Positions 26,920 through 39,442 of a stretch of 64,000 nt of DNA are shown one piece after another. The position numbers were made by a program, and so were the translations under genes. Origin of the DNA: the human T2T-CHM13v2.0 reference genome, Homo sapiens. How positions within the stretch are numbered: the stretch's first letter is position 1; each line of letters opens with the position of its first letter. The stretch lies in NCBI RefSeq assembly GCF_009914755.1, contig NC_060936.1. One strand, 5' to 3'. The notes below the pieces were generated by a model that worked only from the letters and a program-made list of their open reading frames with translations, was not told where the DNA came from and searched no databases.

Positions 26920-27140
26920 TCAAAATTATAATAAAATTTCTCACCATATGCCAGGCATTGTAGTAAGCACTTTATAGTTGTTATGTCATAGAATCCTCAA
27001 ACAATCCTATGAAGGAGGTATCTGATATTTATATCGGTTTTACTGATGGAAAAACTGAGGTCCAAAGAGGTTTGCAAAACCATTGCCCAAGGGCTTCAGA
27101 AACCGGGATTCAAAAACAGGTGTCCATACTCTTGGCATCT
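26920..27140 (-). mobile_element. MIR SINE
   Basis: accatatgccaggcattg..aatcctcaaacaatcctatgaagg..aaactgagg..ccgggattcaaa. Confidence 0.75.
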
Positions 27141-27311
27141 CGATGTTCCTTGACTTTAAAGGGTTTCTGAACTAGTTGGGAACGCAAGGAATACAGCTCG
27201 TCTGGAAAGGCCTAGCATTGTAAGGTTTGCATAAAAAAAGTTACATCCGGGTTCCTTCCTGATCATGCATGATGTCAACAGAGGTGAAAGTATCATTCTG
27301 AAGTGAGGGCA

Positions 27312-27676
27312 TGATATGGTTTGGCTGTGTCCCCACCCAAATCTCATCTTGAATTGTAATTCCCATAATCCCTAAGTGTCATGGGAGGGACCCAGTGGGA
27401 GGTAACTGAATCATGGCAGTGGTTTCCCCCATGCTATTCTCATGATAGTGAGTTCTCACGAGATCTGTTGGTTTTATAAGGGGCTTCCCCTTTCACTTGG
27501 CACTTCTTCCTGCCTCCATGTAAAGAAGGACATGTTTGCTTCCCCTTCCACCATGATTGTAAGTTTCCTGAGGCCTCCCAGCCATGCTAAACTGTGAGTC
27601 AATTAAACTTCTTTCCTTTACAGATTACCCAGTTTTGCATATGTCTTTATCAGCCGCATGAGAACAGACTAATACA
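27312..27676 (+). mobile_element. THE1C-like MaLR solo LTR
   Basis: tgatatggtttggctgtgtccccacccaaatctc..gactaataca; TSD gggca/ggcca. Confidence 0.93.
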
Positions 27677-28056
27677 GGCCATGAGCCGGGTTAAAGAAAA
27701 AAGCAAGAATAGGAAAGAAGAGCCCGATCAACTGCATGACACTTACTTGGTTCACACAGTTCCCTTGAGCTTACATGCATGCACTTTTCTCATTTTACTT
27801 CTTCTACCCTGACTCAGAAGAGATCCTGGGCTGTCCCTCATATTGGGTGTGCCTGGAATCTTAGATGTTCAATATGGCTGATGCTCTGAACTGGAAAGGG
27901 AGAGGGGAGTGAATTGAGAGTGAGGCAGCAGGCAGGGCTGGGCGGTGGGGACCATTGGAGGCATCATAAGGAATTTAGTCTGTATCCTAGGTGGGGCAAG
28001 GGAGTGACATGCTCACAATTGGTTTTTTTGGCAGGATTATTCTGGAAGTGATGTGG

Positions 28057-28413
28057 TGTATTAGCCCATTTTCATGCTGTTGATAAAGATATACCCGAGA
28101 CTGGGCAATTTACAAAAGAAAGAGTTTTAACTGGACTTACAGTTCCACGTGGCTGGAAAAGCCTCACAATCATGGTGAAAAGCAAGGAAGAGCAAGTTAT
28201 GGCTTACGTGGATGGCAACAGGCAAAGAGAGAGAGCTTGTGCAGGGGAACTCCTCAATTTAAGACCATCAGATCTCGTGAGACTTATTCACTATCATGAG
28301 AACATCATGGGAAAGACTTGCCCCCATGATTCAATTACCTCCAACCAGGTCCCTCCCACAACAAATGGGAATTCAAGATGAGATTTGGGTGGGGACACAG
28401 CCAAACCATATCA
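28057..28413 (-). mobile_element. THE1B-like MaLR solo LTR
   Basis: tgtattagcccattttcatgctg..ggggacacagccaaaccatatca. Confidence 0.93.
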
Positions 28414-28599
28414 CATACTAAATAAGTGGAAGGAGATGCAAAAGCAATATGAGTGAGTGATGACAGTGGTTTAAACCTGAATTAAGATGGAATGAATTAG
28501 GCATACTTGGGAAACGTTTAGAAAATGGAGCTACAGGATTTCTGGTTTATGATTTTTCTAATACTGCCTGTATCACAGTCACAGTCACAGTCACTTAAT

Positions 28600-29450
28600 T
28601 TTGACAAGTCTGTGGACACTTTTCTGTTCTCCTTTTATTTGACAGTGTTCTAGTATTTGAACTCTTGACTTTTGTGACTACATTTTTCTTGTTTTTTTCC
28701 TGTACTTACTTCTCTCCTTCTTGGTCTATTTTTACCCATTTCTCCTTTCTCTAATATGCTTCTGTCTCTTTTAAACTGTTTCCCCCACTTTATTCAACTG
28801 TGATGAAATTCATCATCGAGGGGATCCTTGGGTTGCTTTCTTTCTGTCTCTACTGTACAGTGTCTACACTGTTCTTCTAGGTGATTTTATTGTCTATATG
28901 CTACTGACTCAAAAGTTTCTGTCTCAGGTCTAGACCTCTCCTTGAAGTTCCTGGTTATGACCCCAGCTGCCTACTTGACAAGCCCACATGGAAGTCTAAC
29001 CGACCTTCCAAACTGAGCACATCAAAAACTGAATCATTGATTTCCCACCTCTCTACCACCTGCCTCTCCACTACCTGAGTCAATAGCACTATCATCCACC
29101 TACATAAGTCAATTGAAAAGCCAAAGCTGAGAATATTCCTTAATTTCTCTTTTTTACTTAATGCTTATGTCCACTCTCTCAGGAAAACCTTTCAATTCTA
29201 ACTTCCAAAACATCTCTTTATTTCTTCCTTTCCCCAGTTCTACTCCATCCTGGGTTATCTTTCAACTTGTTTTATTTTTTCTTGTATTTCATGCTTTCTT
29301 ATTTGTTTGTTTGCTTGTTTAGTGACTACGGTTTTCCTCACTAAACTATAAGTTCCATGAGGGCAGGGATTTTGGATTTGGGCTGTTTTGCTCCGCATAG
29401 CACCTAACATAGAGAATTGGCTGAATAAATATTTGTGGAATAAATTAACA
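28600..29450 (+). mobile_element. L2 3' region nested within an opposite-strand L2
   Basis: ctagacctctcc..cagctgcctacttgaca..taagttccatgagggcaggga..aataaatatttgtggaataaat. Confidence 0.7.
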
Positions 29451-29454
29451 GACT

Positions 29455-30480
29455 GATGCTTGATTTAATGAGAGTGGTGAGAGATAAGAAGAAGAGAAAA
29501 AGGTACCCAAAATTATTCTCAGATTTCTGCTTGAGTATGAGCGTACTTAATTATGGCATTTGCCAAGAGAGAAGCAAGTTTTAAGGGGAAAAATTAAGTT
29601 TCTTGTTAGACATATTGAATTTAAGATAATTATAAGACACCAAGTGGAGATGTCCAGTTGGCCCTTTGATGTATTGGAGTGGAGCTTAGAAGTCAGTTCT
29701 GACCTGGAAATACCAACTGCAAACTCTTTAGCCTAAGGATAGTACTTGAAGTTATAGGAGCTTCTAAGTTCCTTTAAGTGAGAAGAGTGACTTAGAGCCC
29801 AAGGAAACATCAAAATTGTAGAACCAGTAGAAAATGAGGATGGCCAAGGTGGTAGGAAGAAAACCTAACAGCGTGTGCTGTTAAAAAAAAAAGAGAACTT
29901 CAAGAAGAAGGGACAGATCAATAGTGTCACATGCTGCTGAGAGGTCAGGAAAATATAACCAAAAAATGACCACTGGATTTAGCAATATGAGGACCGTAGT
30001 GATCTTGAGGAGCAGTTTTAGTGGAGTGAAAAGTGGTGGTTCAGACTTAAAGAACATGAAGAGTGAGAAGGAGATAAGGAAGATGAGGTAGTGTTTGTTA
30101 AAAACATTGTCAGCTGCAGGTTGGATGAAGGGCTGATGGATTTTTTCTTTTTCATATGGAAGAGACTTGAGGATGTTAAATGTTGGGGAGTGAGTGAGAG
30201 AGAGAGAGAGACAGAGAGGGAGGGAGAGAATAACAGACAATGGTACCTTGAGAAGAGAGTGGTAATAACCAGGAATTACCTGGTAATTCTTACTAGCGTA
30301 AGAACCACCAGAATATAGGAGGAGATAGAAGCCTAAATGCAATTAGAAGGAGTGGCTCTCGCAGGAAGTGGAAGAGGGCTTGGGCAGCTGCAGGCAGATT
30401 TGTGAATTTGATCAAAACTACAAGAGCCTCATCTGTTGGCTTTCATTTTTTTGATGAATGAGGAGGAGAGGTCTGTGCCA
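29455..30480 (-). mobile_element. L2 LINE (continuation of the piece at ~27900-28560)
   Basis: caagtggagatgtccag..atgctgctgagaggtcagg..actggatttagcaa..gcagttttagtggagtg. Confidence 0.75.
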
Positions 30481-31241
30481 GCACTAACCCTTTTAGGGAC
30501 CACTTTCCTCAGATCTCTGAAAGCCACCCGTCTTCAATAAGGACTACTCTAAAATGTTCTGTATAACCAAGTTGTCTTGAAATATTTTCTTTCTATGATG
30601 GTCTAGAAATACACCTGTCTGCTGGACTTCTCATTCTTAATAGCATTACCACTCTATGGATGAACCTTCAGAGAATCATGGCTAGTGCAGTTAATTTGTA
30701 GATGGGTTCTCATTGTTCCTATGAGTAATATAAAATTGTCTATTTATTATTCATTTGTTCCCTCTCCTTTTTTATGGCTACTTTGCATTTTACCTTCCTG
30801 TTTGTTGCCAAGCATGATGAGCTAGCATGGAGATACTTGGTATAATGGTTTCAAATTATACTATCAGTACACTTTTGATGTCCCTACATAATTAATGCTA
30901 AAATGCACAGCCAGTGGTGGTAATAGGAGCCAGAAAACAACTCTACACATAATGAAATATGCTTAATAATTGGTTTGGTTTTTTTTTCCCTCTGACTAAT
31001 AGTCAACTTAATTTTTTCCTGCTATGACAAAGACTGGTTGGGGTGGGCAGGGGGAAACCTTATTATATAACAATCTTCTGCTTGACCCGTCCAAGTCTGG
31101 AAGGCATTTTTCAGTGGGTGACTGGGAATCCCAGGCAATATTGTAGTCATAGCTTTTCTATTTCTATTTTAGAAATAACAGTAGCTACAACATCACTCAA
31201 CTCTTTGGAGACCCACGCTACAGTATCGGCAGTCGTCTTAC

Positions 31242-31641
31242 ATTGCTTTATTGCATGACCATTAAACAACTTTGAAAATCAGATTTTCACTGTTAATAAT
31301 AAGTAATTAGGGAGTTATGAGCTTCAACAAGAGTTCTTCATCTTTCGATCCCTACAGAGAAAATAAAAACAACAAAGTGAAAGTTAATATACTGAATCCA
31401 CTGACTGGTTTTTGCATCCTGCAAATGCCTTACCATTGAAATTTCAGGGAGAGATGGACCAGGCCCCTCAGAGATGGATTATTTTCCCCTACTCTCCCAA
31501 TTGCATGTTTTATCAGAGATCATCTCTCTCTTATCCCATAGATAAATATGTGTGACATTGGCTGGGGGGCTGCTTGGGTATTTCTCTTATTCAATCAGAG
31601 GTTTGCAGAGTTCTGAGAATCCCCTTGAATGTCAACAGAGT
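31242..31641 (-). ncRNA. Candidate spliced non-coding transcript segment (208-nt exon, 82-nt intron, ~110-nt exon)
   Basis: Acceptor at 31642/31641; donor ATG|GTAAGG at 31434/31433; branch TATTAAC; poly-Y tract and TAG at 31352; AATAAA at 31252-31247. Motif evidence only. Confidence 0.3.
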
Positions 31642-31669
31642 CTGAGGAACGGCAAACGGGGTAAGAATT

Positions 31670-31925
31670 GGGAACTAGGAAAGAAGAAGCTTGAAGTTAA
31701 ACAAGCTTAGATTCAGATCCTAGCTCTCTAATTTATCAACTTGCTCTTTGGCAAGTTAATTACACCTCTGAGCCTCAGTTTCTCACTTTTATATAAGGAT
31801 AATATTAAGGATATATAAGTATAAAAAGGATAATAATATGCACCTCAAGGATTTCTCGAGATTAAATAATTCCTAAGAAATTCCTAATAGGATGTAGAAG
31901 ATTTGTCCTAATATTTGTTAGTTTT
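31670..31925 (+). mobile_element. MIR SINE
   Basis: gattcagatcctagctct..ggcaagtta..ctctgagcctcagtttctc. Confidence 0.7.
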
Positions 31926-31979
31926 TTCTCCTTCTTTCTCAGTATAAAATTTGTTTAGAGCTCCTGAATACCTAAAACA

Positions 31980-32690
31980 TCGTTCACAGACTCATATTGT
32001 TTATCTACTTCTGTGACTATCTCTTGCATCTACAGCTGCCTTTCCATTCCTGTTTCTACCTCTCAAATTCAGATTGATATCCTTAAAACATGATTCCAAT
32101 CGTATGATAGTCCTGCTCTGAGCCTTCGGTGATTTTCCATTGCATGCCTAGAAAAACACCAAATCTTAGTTCAGGTAGGCGTGGCCTCGATGTTTCGATC
32201 ACCTTCTTTTTCCAGCCTCTTCACTGAATTCACTACCAACAGCTAACGAAATCATGCTATTTGTTTTCCCAGAACACTCCTCTTCCTGGCCTGCCTCTGC
32301 CTTCTCTGTCCTACAATCTCTTTCCCACCATCGCCTCCTGATAAAGTCTTACCTTTGGTTAATTCGATCACTAGTGATCTAACTACACACTGCAGGATGC
32401 AGCCCCTCTACCCTCACTCCTCCCACCCTACCCCCGAAAGAATGTATCTCTCTGAAAGCTCCCAAAGCAATTTTTTATTCTTTGGCCACGTCTAGAATGT
32501 TTTTCCCCAAGCTGTCAGCCTTGTCACCTACTATCCATCCTAAAGGTTTCAGCCCCAAATCACATCCCTGACGGTTGGGTCTGTATCAGTCCCCTTTCTA
32601 TCTGCTGCCTTCAGAAGACTTATCTCCATTTATGATGCCACTATCATTCGTCTGATCACTCCATTAATGTTCTTTATCCACTCTTAAGAC
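31980..32690 (+). mobile_element. L2 fragments
   Basis: atagtcctgctctgagccttcggtgattttccattg..ctagaatgtttttcccc. Confidence 0.5.
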
Positions 32691-32694
32691 TTCC

Positions 32695-33443
32695 AACATC
32701 ATTCATAGAATTAAAGTGAATTAGGACCTTGCTCTGGATTAGGCTTTGGCTTAAGGGAATGTTGTAGCTTGTTTGATCTTCTATCCAGACCACTAAAATG
32801 TTCTCCTTATCAGCAATAAGGCTGTTTTGCTTTCTTATTAGTCATGTGTTCGATGTAGTGAAGTTTCCTTCAATAACTTTTCCCTTGCATTCACAACTTG
32901 GCTCACTGCTTGTCACAGGAGGCCTAGCTTTCAGCCTATCTTGGCTTTCAACATGCCTTCCTCACTAAGCTTAATCATTTTTAGATTTTGATTTAAGGTG
33001 AAAGACATGTGACTCTTCCTTTCACTCAAATATTTAGAGTCCATTGTAGGATTATTAATTGGACTAATTTCAATATTTTTGTGTTTCAGAGAATAGAGAG
33101 GCCCAAAGAGAGATAGATGGAGGAACAGCTGGTTGGTGGAGCAGTCAGAAGGCATGCAATATTTATCAAGTCCACTATCTAATGTGGGCACAGTTTGTGG
33201 TACCTCAAAACAGTTGCAATAGTAACATCAAAGATAACTGATGGCAGATCACCATAGCAGATAAAATAATAATGGCAAAGTTCGAAATATAGTGAGAACT
33301 ACCAAAATGTGGCAGAGATGTAAAGCGAGCACATACTGTTGGGAAAATGGCACTAATAGACTTGTTAAACACAGGGTTGCCACAAACTTTCAATTTGTAA
33401 AAAATGCCATATATGTAAAGTGCAATAAAGTGAGGTATGCTTG
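32695..33443 (-). mobile_element. Tigger1 DNA transposon 5' fragment (left TIR plus transposase N-terminus)
   Basis: ORF 32931-33191 MDSKYLSERKSHMSFTLNQNLKMIKLSEEGMLKAKIG is the Tigger1 HTH region; TIR gaggtatgcttg followed by TA. Confidence 0.92.
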
Positions 33444-33559
33444 TATCCTCCTTGCCATGTATTACTTTTCCTTATAGCTTATTTGTACCCATGTCTATCA
33501 CACCTATGTCACTGGGAACAGGGGCTGTGTCATATTAATCCTAATTGACCCTAAGGCAC

Positions 33560-33925
33560 TGCTATGGGAATGTTTGTGTCCCCTCCGAACTTCGTGTTGG
33601 AACCTTTGAATTTAAGGCAATAGTATTAAGAGGTGGGCCCTTTGGAAGTGATTAAGTCACAAGGGCTCCATCCTTATAAATGGGGTTTATGCTTTTATCA
33701 AAGGGGCTCAAGTGAGCTTCCTTGCCCCCTTCCACCATTTGAGGATGAGGCAAGAAAGTGCCATCTTTAGAGCAGAAAGTAAACCCTCCCTCAACCCAAA
33801 TCTGCTATAACCTTGACCTTGGACTTTCCATCCTCCAGAGGTGTAAGCAATAAATTCCTATTGTTTACAAATAATCATATCCAGTCTAAGGTATTTTGTT
33901 ATAAAAGCCCAGATGGACTAAGAGA
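33560..33925 (+). mobile_element. MaLR solo LTR (MST/MLT1A-like)
   Basis: tgctatgg..gtattaagaggtgggcc..ccagtctaaggtattttgttata..gactaagaga; TSD ggcac/gacac. Confidence 0.85.
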
Positions 33926-35716
33926 GACACCTAGTTCAACGATTTGCTGATCATTTGCTTAGGAAAAAATAAATGAGCATGGAAACAGAGAACCTAGCAT
34001 GAAGCCTACTGCAGACATTTAAAGTGGTACAGTAGCTATCTACATAGAGAAAAAGAGATCAAGTCCACTTAAGGTTTAGTAGGAGTCTTCTTTAAGTAAA
34101 CAAAACACTTGCAGTAGGTTACCAAACTTCGGTTTTCAGATCTCATTCATAAATGGTAAGATTTTTTTTTTTTTCAGGAAAAAGCATTCTTAAAGCAAAG
34201 ATTAAAATATAAACCCTTTCAGTAACAAAAACAAAAAGCTGCCCCTCCACCCGCAGGTTTCTGATGAAATGGCCTTTCTCTGAAGATATAATTTCTTCTG
34301 TTCAACATCTTTCTTTTAAATTGCTCATTCAATCAGGAGGGGGGATTTTTGCCCCCACCTGTGGCAAGACATTTTAAAGAGATGAGACATTTGATTGCTA
34401 TGTTTAGATTGATGGCGATTGAGATGGTCCTAAAGATTAAATGAAGAAGTAACTGTGAAAAAGAAACTGAAACAGGGAGAAAATTGATCTTTACGTTGAA
34501 GACATACTGGCATTGAGGGGTTTAAATGAGGAAATAGACCAGCATGATAGGGTCCAAGTGGTGGGTGAGGGGACACCCTGAGGGGAAGCCACCTTGCTTA
34601 ACTGTCACTGTCACCGGTGTAAGCTCCATTGACCTTCAACAAGCTCCGAGAATGAGAATATCTTGAGACTTGAGTTTCAAAATCACATTTAGTGAACACC
34701 TAATCAGAGCTACAGATGGGCTTTAGATTTGATCCTCCTGATGGAACTGAATTAAGACAGGGTAGCAGACAGATAATAAAGAGTGACTATGAGATGAAAT
34801 TCCTCAGAGTTGTTTTTCAAGATGCGAGAGGCAGCAAAAAATATATTGCTGGCTAAAACAGAAAGAAATTTAATCAATGAAGATAAAAATATGAAATTTT
34901 TTTCCAATGGGGAAAAAATGTCTTGGAAACCTCCCTAAAACGAATGAGAAGTTTCTTTAGAGGAAATCTACGTCTGCATACCTGAAATTCATTTATTTTT
35001 GTTTCTTTCTGGGTTATTGATCTTTCATCTGGTCTTCTAGATTTTGCACTAAAACATCATTCTTTTTTGTCTTTTCTCCGTCGTCTTTTGATGACTTCAA
35101 AAACACCTCTCCAGGACTGATTATGAAACTTCAGTGGCATTCAGTAACTGTGTTTTTGGTTATTTGTCCTTTGTTCAATGCTCCTACATATTTGTAGGAT
35201 GTAAACTGAGGGTCCTGTTCCTAAGAATTTAAAGAACTTTTGAGGATGCACATATGTGCAGTAATGAATAGACAAGTCATAGACATGAAGTCCAATAGGA
35301 GTTCAGGAGAAAGAAGAAGAATCCCTTTGGGCTGGTTTATCATGGTAAATTCCATGAAGGAGGTGAGGTTTAGATAGGGAGTTTTGTAGTGGGGAGATGA
35401 CGGATAATGTTGTGTGGGGAGAAGTAGACTAGAAAAATCATGAAAAAATTGAACATGGGGGTGTTGAGCAGTCAGTGAGGAGACTGATCTGATGAGACTA
35501 GAAATTAGTTATTAAGAAGTGAGGGTCAACTGAAATATAACCTGTGGAGTTTGGGTAATTATTTGTGGCAAAAGGGAATTATGTGTTCTGAGAACATGAT
35601 TACATAATTGCTAAATCATTTATGTATTGCATTTATGCATTTATGCATAAAGACATGAATGGAAGCACCAGATCCTATAATTGCATTTCTTTGTTTCTCA
35701 TTCTTGAAGACACTTG

Positions 35717-35719
<3 letters not shown>

Positions 35720-35759
<40 letters not shown>
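35720..35759. repeat. (AC)20 microsatellite
   Basis: Perfect run. Confidence 0.97.
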
Positions 35760-35761
<2 letters not shown>

Positions 35762-35809
35762 TGCAAAACACTTTGTTGAACATAAAGCTCCATTGTAGCA
35801 CTTAATTAA

Positions 35810-36123
<314 letters not shown>

Positions 36124-36699
36124 TGATGAATTTTTGGGTGGGGAGATACCAAATTTTGTTTCTGAGCATATCCTTTTTACTAGATAAATGGGCTAAAGGG
36201 ACTAATATATGGCCTTCTGCTGGGGAAATAGAAATTAATAAATACAAAAATTCCGTTAATGAGTCTGGATGAAAACAGAATTATGGTAAATAAATGATTT
36301 AAATATCAGATTGTTCTTTGGAAATGTACATTGAAAAAAAGATGAAGACAAGACATTTGGACACACAAAAAAAATCAGGAATGATATAAGAATATCTTCT
36401 CATATATAGGTAAGAGAGGTAAGCCGGGACAAAGGATCTGCATTTAGTAATACTATAAAAAGAAAAATGAAATTTATTTCCAGCATCAAGTTTTAATTCA
36501 TATGAAACTAGAGTGGTAAAGAATATAAGGATAAAATGTAATTTATTTGGAACTGGCATGAATTGTTGAATAATTGAAATATGGGATTGAGAAGTTATAA
36601 AGATTTCAAAATATTTGTGCAAACAAAATTTCTCTATTTTAAAATAACATTAAAAAACAGTAGTAATCACACCACGACCACCACCGCCACCTTTCCTTG

Positions 36700-37088
36700 A
36701 CAGTTCTTGACTTATTTGCTCTTAGACTCCTTCTTCGCTGTTTTCCACCACATGCTGTGAGATATGTCAGCTGTCATTTTGCTGGGTTCTGCCCTGGAAA
36801 GCATTCGTAGGAGATTGGAGGGTGAGGGGAAGGGAGACGCCAGGGTATTTCTTCCTCTGTCTCTCTGCCCCCATTGCTCTGGCTTCAGTCAGGTGGCCCA
36901 GCCTCTGGGCTGTGGAAATACCACCTCTTTTTCTTAGGGGAAGAGGCTTTCTGTATTGTTAATCTCTGGTTGCTTCACTGTCCCCTTTGGTTATTCATTT
37001 CTTTCATCAACTGCATAACACATTTCCTCCAGTATTAAATTCCTTCTGTTTTAAATACCGTTTTCTTGCTTGGACCCTGACTAATATG
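36700..37088 (+). mobile_element. LTR33-like ERVL solo LTR
   Basis: ggagattggagggtgagggg..gggtatttcttcc..attaaattcc..ggaccctgactaata. Confidence 0.7.
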
Positions 37089-37754
37089 TTAGTTTTGTAT
37101 GGATAGTACAAGGAATAAAATAGACCTTGTCTACAGTAGACCAGTCCGAGATATTTGGAAAAATTGTTCAGAGTTTTTATTTAATACCTTCTGAATTTAG
37201 AAGAATCATTCTTAACACTGCAGGCTTTCACAGAAGTACTGCAGGACTGACTTACAGGGTAAAAATCTCTTGGCAACTCAGAAATTATCTCTAAGTATTG
37301 CTTGCTCAATTGTCACTAAATACTTGATAAATTCCCAAGTTCTGTAATGTATCTGATCTATAATGTAACAATCCAGATAAATGCTTCTCAGTGATAAATT
37401 TGTTTTAATTCCTTTGGCATGTTTAGGGATACGTGTTTTTTTTTTTGTTTTTTTTTTGTAACTTTAACTTTATTAATCTTTTGTTGCCTTTATTAACTTA
37501 TATAGTAACTTTATTAATCCTTTATTACCTTATTGATTTGACCAAAGAACAGATGGTCACAGTGTACAAAAAGGTCTACCTTTCTCAATCAAGTGTATTT
37601 CAAAGCAGTTCCAGCACATTCTCAGGTAATACTATAAGAACTTAGTCAATCTGTTATCCTTACAGTCGTGATTCAGCCACAAAGTCTTTTTGTATGACAT
37701 TGACCTATAATGGCTGACTTCTATTCCGATCCTATGATACCTGACTGTCCAGAT

Positions 37755-37923
37755 CAGTTTTATTCAAGTGTAGTTTAAGAAATGTTTATGCGGAACTCAC
37801 CTGAGGGTGCTTGTTAAAAATGCAAATGCAGAATTAGAATTTTTAAAAGGAAGGCATGAAAACTTGAATTTTAATAAGTTTTTTTTTTTTTTTTTTAGCC
37901 TACTAGAGTTTATGAAACCCTGG
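37755..37923. mobile_element. MER5-family hAT fragment
   Basis: tcacctgagggtgcttgttaaaaatgcaaat..attttaataag..agtttatgaaaccctg. Confidence 0.55.
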
Positions 37924-38099
37924 GTACTAATGAATGCATTACACTGTATTTATCTCCTTAGTGAGATCAATGGCTTCTCTAGAAAGTTTGCTTCTTCCAG
38001 TCTTTCCTCTTCATAATGCCTGGCAGAGTAATAAGCAATTAGTAAATGTGCAATAAGTACTTGTAAAATTGATTTGAGTTCCTTTATCAACCCAAATAT

Positions 38100-38700
38100 G
38101 AGGAATAATTACTGGAGCATTATCCTAATGATAATGATTATTGTTGTTCTTAAAAGGTGAACAACACAAATAATTGTCCAGCAAAAGCAAGGTAAATCTA
38201 TAGTAACAGAATAGAATGCATATTAAAAGGAAGCCTGTAAGCATTGATGAAACATCTAAGGATAATGATATTGGACATTACAAAATAGGAATTTAAAAAG
38301 AGCAAATCATGCCAGACAAACTTGATTGCTTTTTTTTGATAGAGCTACAAGATCAGTAGACAAATGTAATGTGAAATTGTAGATGCAATCTATCTCAATT
38401 TTGGTAAAGTGTTTGATAATGTCACATGAAATTTTCCATCTTGAATTAATTGAAATTGGCTTTGGTGTGAACCTCTTATTTTCTGTTAGATGCTAGGAAG
38501 ACCACTAAGATAAAATAATGGTTCATCTGATGACAAGATATTTCAGATGTGAGGACTAAGTTTGCCTTCATTTACCATCTTAGTGTTTGATTTTGGAGGC
38601 TCTATTTAAGTAAGTTGATGACATTTTACATTTGTATTGCATTAAAACTTGTTGAAATCACCGGGGAAAGAGAAATTATACAAAGATGTGTTCAGATATC
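38100..38700 (+). mobile_element. CR1/L3 LINE reverse-transcriptase relic (probably extending ~36350-39400)
   Basis: 38298-38425 translates, with frameshifts, as KSKSCQTNLIAFF/DRATRSVDKCN/VDAIYLNFGKVFDNV, matching CR1 RSCLTNLISFYD..VDVVYLDFSKAFDTV; EREIIQR follows downstream. Confidence 0.8.
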
Positions 38701-38833
38701 ATAAATATTCATATTTTATACCATTGACAACCTTCAAGTTCTTAAATATTCTACCAACTTGCACAGTTATGTTCACATATAGCCTTTTCTAGACTTTGTG
38801 AATGTACAAGCATATGCCTATTTCAAACATATT

Positions 38834-38875
38834 TAGAGCTGCCAGATTTATCAAGTAAAAATACAGGCAACCCTA
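38834..38875 (+). mobile_element. Internally collapsed MER53-like hAT MITE (42 bp)
   Basis: tagagctgccagatttatcaagtaaaaatacag joined to gcaacccta; degenerate 8-bp TSD aacatatt/aatatact. Confidence 0.6.
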
Positions 38876-39442
38876 AATATACTAAGAATTCAATCTCAAA
38901 CACAGATGCATTAGGAGGTTATATGAAAAAGTTGTGATAATAATTATACTTAATCTTCTAGGCTTGCTGAGTCAATTCTTTTAGGTCTAACCTGCTTTCA
39001 TGGACTGATATAAGTGACTGGTCTGAAAGATGATACAGCTGTCAAAACAGATATGATTAGGTGTGAATTGGAAATTGCAGATTAAAAAGGATATTGAAAT
39101 TTTCCTTTCCTATGATTTTGAGGAAAACATTACCTAAATTATTGTATTTTAAAAATAATATTTGTAGAAAATAATAGGATTGTTTAGAGCTAAAGAATAT
39201 CATTCATGTAGGTTAGAAATATGAGAAGAAATAAATATGTGTAGTTGATTGAGATGATAACTGAAAAAGTGTGATGTGCTGAGAAAGTTATCAAATAATA
39301 TCCAAAAGATAGAAACACTGCAGAATTAGTTTCCATGGTACATAGGTATTGATGAATAATATTAAGTAAATGAAAATTGAAACACAGTGATACCAAGGTG
39401 AACTATTTTAGTTATAAAACTCTTATAAGAAAATGTTGGGTA

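Noticed and set aside
28420-30480. Opposed L2 elements as a miR-28/151-type hairpin source
   Set aside because: One L2 is nested inside the other rather than tail-to-tail, and I see no compact stem at the junction.
32931-33191. ORF resembling TIGD1
   Set aside because: A truncated, stop-containing Tigger1 fragment rather than the domesticated gene.
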